DNA of 57,040 nucleotides, filler included, from Sphacelaria rigidula (taxonomy: Eukaryota), in the NCBI GenBank assembly GCA_964200075.2. It is 8 parts of 8 records of this genome, joined end to end, with 100 filler letters (N's around TTAATTAATTAA, not from the genome) between each part and the next. Parts side by side here need not be neighbours in the genome. Positions count along the whole stretch, not along the records: positions 49,999 to 57,040 come from CAXNAA020016798.1; 7 more parts are not named here. One strand, given 5' to 3'. Each line of letters opens with the position of its first letter. The first letter of the stretch is position 1. A model generated the notes under the pieces. The model had not been told where the DNA came from. It saw only the letters and a program-made list of their open reading frames with translations, and made no database searches. A program made the position numbers and the translations under genes. This document shows positions 51,644 through 57,040 of this stretch, one piece after another.

Positions 51644-51925
51644 GCCGCTGCGACCCGGTGGTGTAATGGTCCGATTTCGTCATTAGGGTGGAGAGAACGA
51701 GGGTTCGATTCCCGGTGCGTTGGGTTTTTTTCGTAATGTATTATTTCCACCGTGGAAAGCGTTAGAACGTGAGTATGCAAACTAGTCGACTGGATTTGTG
51801 TGACGTGAGTTGACGCGATGCGGGAGTGCTGATCCAATCCCCGAGAGCAAAATGTAAGGCGCGATGGGCTGATCTCTTGAGACCACGGTCCCATCCCGAG
51901 GAAGGGGAGAGGTTCAAAGTACGAG
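51644..51925 (+). mobile_element. tRNA-derived SINE-like element, family B
   Basis: A-box TGGTGTAATGG and B-box GGTTCGATTCC, followed by body ending gagaccacgg..cccgaggaagggg. Confidence 0.8.
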
Positions 51926-52202
51926 GGAAAACAAATGTGTCGAGGACTCATCTTCTTTCCACACTTCCACTGTCTATATTGTTCATGGTCAAGTCTTCAC
52001 CATCGTCGAAGCTCGTTGTATGCTATGTCGTTCTTGGCTACAGGTTCCTGCGGATGTGAACGCCGCAGACTACGGCGAGAGACGGGTGCTTCAGCCGTGT
52101 ACAAGCGTTTGGGGGTCACGGCGCGTTATGTACAGCAGTACAAGTTGTCTTACGTTTCGTGAAAATAAAATATAACAAATGCACTCGCCTTTCTTTATGC
52201 AG

Positions 52203-52292
52203 GGTCTCCGCGTCGAGAAGCGCTGGGTAAAGATAGACGAGCCATCTGGCAGGCTCCACCTCAGCCTGGCGCACGATCCACATTTTTCGATG
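52203..52292 (+). CDS. Candidate exon (resembles the first strands of a PH-like fold)
   Basis: TTTCTTTATGCAG| GLRVEKRWVKIDEPSGRLHLSLAHDPHFSM |GTATAC; 30 codons, phase 0-0. The antisense frame is also open, so strand is not certain. Confidence 0.4.
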
Positions 52293-53351
52293 GTATACAT
52301 CGGGTCAGACTGTACTGCAGGTCAATACGGCACGAACCTCTTTGTCGTTGCTGCTGCTGTTGTGAGGGAAGAGCGATTTAACGCCACTGGGATGTAGAAT
52401 GAGGAGAACCGGAGGCCCAAGCAAAAAATGTTACACATGGTGCAACAAGCTGCAGCCCGATTTTTGTGGATACCGCCGACTCACAATATCACAGTTTTGT
52501 GCGTTTCGTCCTATTCGGGTTTGAAAATTATACGTGGGAGTCGTGGGATCCGGGGACAAATCGGCGTGAATCTCGATCGCTTCAAGAGAAAAAAAGCTTT
52601 CAAAAATTACTACCGCTTGGCTGCCGTATGATTTTACGGTAATACGATTGCCAGTTCGTTACCCTGTAATCACTGCTCCTGAGACCTCCAACGGGAGAGA
52701 AATGTCTTCACGTTGGTCGAACACGTGAACGCGAGCCACAGCGAGTTTCTATCGAAAGACGCCGTCTACTCTACCCACACGTTGACATCAACACCTCAAA
52801 AAGCGATGACAGCAGACTTGGTGAAACATCAACATCAAGCATGTCGCACCGCATACCCTAGCCCCCCTAGCCCTAGCCCCAGCACTAGCGCAGCGAATAC
52901 ACGTAGTAGCGATATGTCGAACCGCTACACCACTGCGGCACGCGCCGCGTGGGGAAGTTACCTGAACATACAGGCTCACCGAAATCATGGCATCGTGGAG
53001 TAAGCTGAGAGTCGTGGTGCTCCTCGCCCGCCGAACATCGATGCCTCTAAAGGCCGCCCACCTCACCAACAATAGCTTCTCCCGCCTTGACGCCGTTTGC
53101 GCCAGTTGTACGGAGATATTGGGATATTGTTGTTGGAGCGACTGTGACGTTAGTCACAGCTGAAAGAAGGGAGCAGTGCAAGTTCCGGAAGTGCTCGAGA
53201 AAACGGACACCCGAACCAAGAGGTACAACCAGAACACCGTGTTGTTGAGGACTGCGACATGGGTTATCCCTCGTGTTTGACTCTAAGTTTGCACTGGTAC
53301 CCAAGAAAGGCCCCCTACTTTGGTGCGATATGTATTCCAGGCAGCAGGGCC

Positions 53352-53670
53352 GGGTTCGGTGGTCGAGTGGTACAACTGACGCTATTGGAGTGGAAAGTAC
53401 GTGGCTTCGATACCCGCCAGTTGCCTTTGATTTCTTTCCTCCAAAGTATCTGATTCCTGCCATTGAAAGCGTGAGAATGTGGGTATCAAAAGGATATGAC
53501 TTGAGTTCTTTGGCGAGCGTCGACGCGGCGTGGGAATGCTGATGGTCATGATCCAATGCATGAGATCAAAACACACGGCGTGTGCCGGGGGAGGGGGAAG
53601 AGAGAGAGAGAGAGAGAGAGATGGGTTGATCCCTCGAGACCGCGGAGTCGTCCCGAGGAAGTGGAGGGGG
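53352..53670 (+). mobile_element. SINE-like family B copy
   Basis: A-box TGGTCGAGTGG, degenerate B-box GCTTCGATACC, shared body. Confidence 0.7.
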
Positions 53671-54209
53671 TAAAAAAATGTGACAGAAACAAAGAAGGAG
53701 GGAAGTCGGACGACAATCGGATGATAACTATATACACGACCGTTACGCAACCCATTGGTCGCGAATGTGATGCTACTGCGGTTCATTGGCTGTGAAACAA
53801 AGAACGGTTGCGGTTGGTTGAATGTAAGAGTCGCCTTGGCGTCACGGCCACGGGGTGAGGCAGATATTTGGGAGAGTTGAGCGGGTTGTCCGAGGTTGTG
53901 CCTCCTGTGAAGCAAGGAGTCGACCGTAAGCACGCATCGCTTGAAGGCGGAAGCACGTATTGAGGCCGTCGTGACTTGGCTTGTTCTCAACGCCGTCGTG
54001 GTACTTCCAAGGCAAAGGAAAGCGTTGCCGAGAGATAAAGCAAAATTGAGACATACTAAATAGGCGTACGCTTTACGCCAAAGACTAAGCGCTAATCGAT
54101 TCTAGGGCCCAACGGTCGGTCAAAAGACCTTACCTACTGGGAAACATTTCCGAGTATTTGAATCTCAAAACAGAGACATCGTTTTGGAAGAGCAAGACTA
54201 CGGCCGTAC

Positions 54210-54349
54210 TTGGTGAGAATGGCGGCGGGGGTTGGAGATGGCCACGCCAGGAAAGCAGACCACCGCTGCTGCTCGAGTAGGTCATCCCACTGCATCAGCA
54301 GACGTATGCCGGTGTGGGAGACCTCGAGCCCCAGTGACCGCTGTTTCAC
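54210..54349 (-). CDS. Internal exon, unknown protein (PH-like C-terminal strand/helix pattern)
   Basis: Polypyrimidine-CGCCAG| VKQRSLGLEVSHTGIRLLMQWDDLLEQQRWSAFLAWPSPTPAAILT |GTACGG; the only open minus frame. Confidence 0.55.
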
Positions 54350-54642
54350 CTGGCGAATGAACACGCAAGAAGCAACGTGACAAGAAAAAACAACCAAGCG
54401 AGCAAATCCGAGCCTATTCGCCTTCTTGTACAGCAGCTGAAAATTCTGCTCGGGATGAATTCAGGAGGGTAGCAACCTTCGAGGGTTCCAAAGGGATGAA
54501 TTAGGTTGGTGCTCTGATGTCATTGTGACTTGGAATCATGGTATCGATGTTTCCATCCAGGAAATGATCCTTCATACAAATTATGCAAAGATGCTCCTCG
54601 TATGACTCGTACCAATATGGCCCGTATGGATTTCTGTACTGG

Positions 54643-56166
54643 CCCGTATCCGTACGCCCCCCGTAATTCCTCATCTCATACTGGTGGATACTGGTAATAC
54701 TGGGTATTTCGCAGCCTGATACTGGTGGATACTGGTAATACTGGGTATTTCGCGTCTCAAACCGGCGGATACTGGCGATACTGGCTTTTCTCTACCTTCT
54801 ACTGGTGGATACTGGGGATACTGGGTAGTTCGCCTCCTGATACTGGACGATACTAGCGATGCTGGGTATTTTGCGGCCGGATACTGGCGGATACTGGCGA
54901 TACTGGGTATCTCGCCGCCTCGTACTGGATAATACTGGTGATACTGGGTATTTTGTCGTCTTGTACTGGCCGATACTGGGTATTTCAGCGTCTCGTACTG
55001 GTGCATACTTGCGATACTGCGTATTTCGGAGGGTGACACTGGCGGATACTGGTGACACTGGGTATTTTTGCTGCCTGATACTGGCAGACACTGGCGATAC
55101 TGCGTATATATATTTCATTGTCTCAGACTGGTTCATACTGGCGGATACTGGGTACAATACCCCACGTTCAAAGTGGGACGATTGGTATTGTCTTCCGATA
55201 CTGGCGATTTTCTAGAGTACTTCGCTTGCCATTGTTCATCATATTGGGGACCTGAGGATACTAGTGTCCGCTCCGTATTCCAAACAAATATCATTTATAC
55301 ACTCAATATTGAGTAACTCACTGGCTGACCGCTCATCGGGCTCCTGACACGTTTCAGTCCAGATTCCGACTTTTCGGTATTTTCGGTCGATCGAGCGTAT
55401 CTATATCGTATTTGTGAAGAAGTGAAAGGTTTTTTATTATATTTTACCTACCTTTTGCACTAGAGCTAAATAACTGCCTTTCACATTCAATAACACTCCT
55501 GATAAACGGGATATCTACTCGTACATCGCCCGATGACATCGACGAACACTAACTTCGGCACTGTGTTTTGAGGACGATCTGTTTTTTTTACCAAAACCTA
55601 TCGAGGCTAGCAAATTCGACTTCTATCGACGAGTATCCGCGAGGAAAATCTCAACTTAGGCCGTGCCCGTTTCGAACGTGGGTAATATATATCGGTACTG
55701 GGTATTTTGCAGCCTCATACTTGCAGATACTGGCGATACTGGGTCATTCGCCGCCTCATACTGGCGGATACTGGCGATACTGGGTCATTCGCCGCCTCAT
55801 AGTGGACGATACTGGTGATACTGGGTGATTCGCCACCTCGTACTGGCGGATACTGGCGATACTGGGTATTTTGCCGCCTTGTACTGGCGGATACTGGTAG
55901 TTCTGGGTATTTCGCTGCCTCATACTGGCGGATACTGGCGATACTGGGTTTTTCGCCACCCTATACTGGCGGATACCGGGGATACTGGGTAATTCGCTAC
56001 CTTATACTGGACGATACTGGCGATACTGGGTATCTTGCCGCCTTGTAATGGCGGACACTGGCGATACTGGGTATTTTCGCTGTCTCGTACGCGTGGATAC
56101 TGGCCGTGCCAAGTGTACGGGTACGGGTGATATTGTACTGGATACTGGCGCCGTACGGGATACGGG
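54643..56166. repeat. 41-bp tandem array (GATACTGG subunits) bounded by short inverted repeats; probable non-autonomous DNA element
   Basis: Units start at 55759, 55800 and 55841; ends cccgtatccgtacg / cgtacgggatacggg; interrupted by the 55301-55651 repeat. Confidence 0.85.
55301..55651. repeat. Interspersed ~350-bp repeat nested in the array
   Basis: Collinear with 31769-32121. Confidence 0.8.
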
Positions 56167-56511
56167 GAGCACCTTTGAAATTACAAAATTTTCTCCTTCA
56201 ACTTGGATTAACAGTTTCCGTTGTAGGGCACTCACCTGTAGGGCGTTACTACCTTACAGTACACTATCCTACACCGGTTTTCTGGGGAGTCTCGTAGCTT
56301 AACCACTCTATGCATCCGGGAGAAATATAGTCACGGCAAGAAAGCGCTGTTTGTTCACCCGGCAGCTGAAGAAATACTCAAAGGCCATAATCGAAGGCAT
56401 GGAGTAGTCAATAAACGGTCTGTGAATCGAGAAAGGGCGTCGAGTATAACCTCGTATTCCGCCCCCTTTTTTGCCTCCATCTCCTGCCCCGAACCACGCT
56501 GGCTTCCCTAC

Positions 56512-56781
56512 CTGATGAAAAAGGAGGTCATTGGCGTGGCTGTCAGCAACGGCAATCCCCTTCCGTGCCACGGCAACTGTCGCCCCCAGGGAGTCTCCCA
56601 AGAACAGAGCTGCCGCAATTCCTATCGCTCCTACTCCCAACAAGAAGGCATCGCCCACCGCCGGCCACAGGAAACTTCCAGCTGACCCGATGAGAAGAAC
56701 AAGGATGAGAACTATACGGAGAACCGAATCAAGCCAGGCCTCGCGGAGACGTAAGAATGGTTCCGCTCGCAGGGTAAAGAT
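56512..56781 (-). CDS. Candidate internal exon with two hydrophobic segments
   Basis: CTCTCCGCAG| IFTLRAEPFLRLREAWLDSVLRIVLILVLLIGSAG...ANDLLFHQ |GTAGGG; 90 codons, phase 0-0. A plus-strand frame is also open. Confidence 0.45.
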
Positions 56782-57040
56782 CTGCGGAGAGCAGGGACAA
56801 GAGTCGGCGAATGCCGTGCGAGGGGGGAATTAACGTATTCACGTGTTGGGGCACGCGGGAGGAGTGCTAATACTAATTCTCTGCACGCCTCTGGCTGTTT
56901 GACAAAGCACCCTCGAGAAGACTGACAAGATGTACGGGGTGTCGGACGGCCGGGGGGGGAGGGAATTTGGGGGGGGGGGGGGGGGGGGGGGGGCCCCTTT
57001 TTTTGTTGCCCTTATTGTTTTGCCCTTTGACCACGCACCC

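Noticed and set aside
54680-56100. CRISPR-like repeat/spacer appearance of the 41-bp array
   Set aside because: Variable parts are only ~14 bp and related to each other, repeats are degenerate, no cas genes are present, and the context is eukaryotic.

Overview
Eukaryotic, repeat-rich DNA, most consistent with a brown alga or related stramenopile (inferred from a GSAF-type bipartite plastid leader, small exons in long GT-AG introns, and RTE LINE, tRNA-SINE and MITE content). The window is not one locus. It is eight pieces of 7043 or 7042 bp joined by identical 100-nt N-TTAATTAATTAA-N linkers, so adjacency across linkers carries no information. The main result is on piece 7: a spliced, apparently complete eukaryotic gene encoding a bactofilin (bacterial polymer-forming cytoskeletal beta-helix). 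Its domain is split by a 5039-nt phase-0 intron and flanked by long low-complexity arms. Also present: four phase-consistent exons of DNA polymerase delta subunit 2, a FERM C-lobe-like exon, the first coding exon of a plastid-targeted protein, several unassigned candidate exons, decayed LINEs, two tRNA-derived SINE-like families, piggyBac-like and hAT-like MITEs, long fold-back hairpins and 41-bp tandem arrays. All family calls come from motif recognition by eye; no searches were run.
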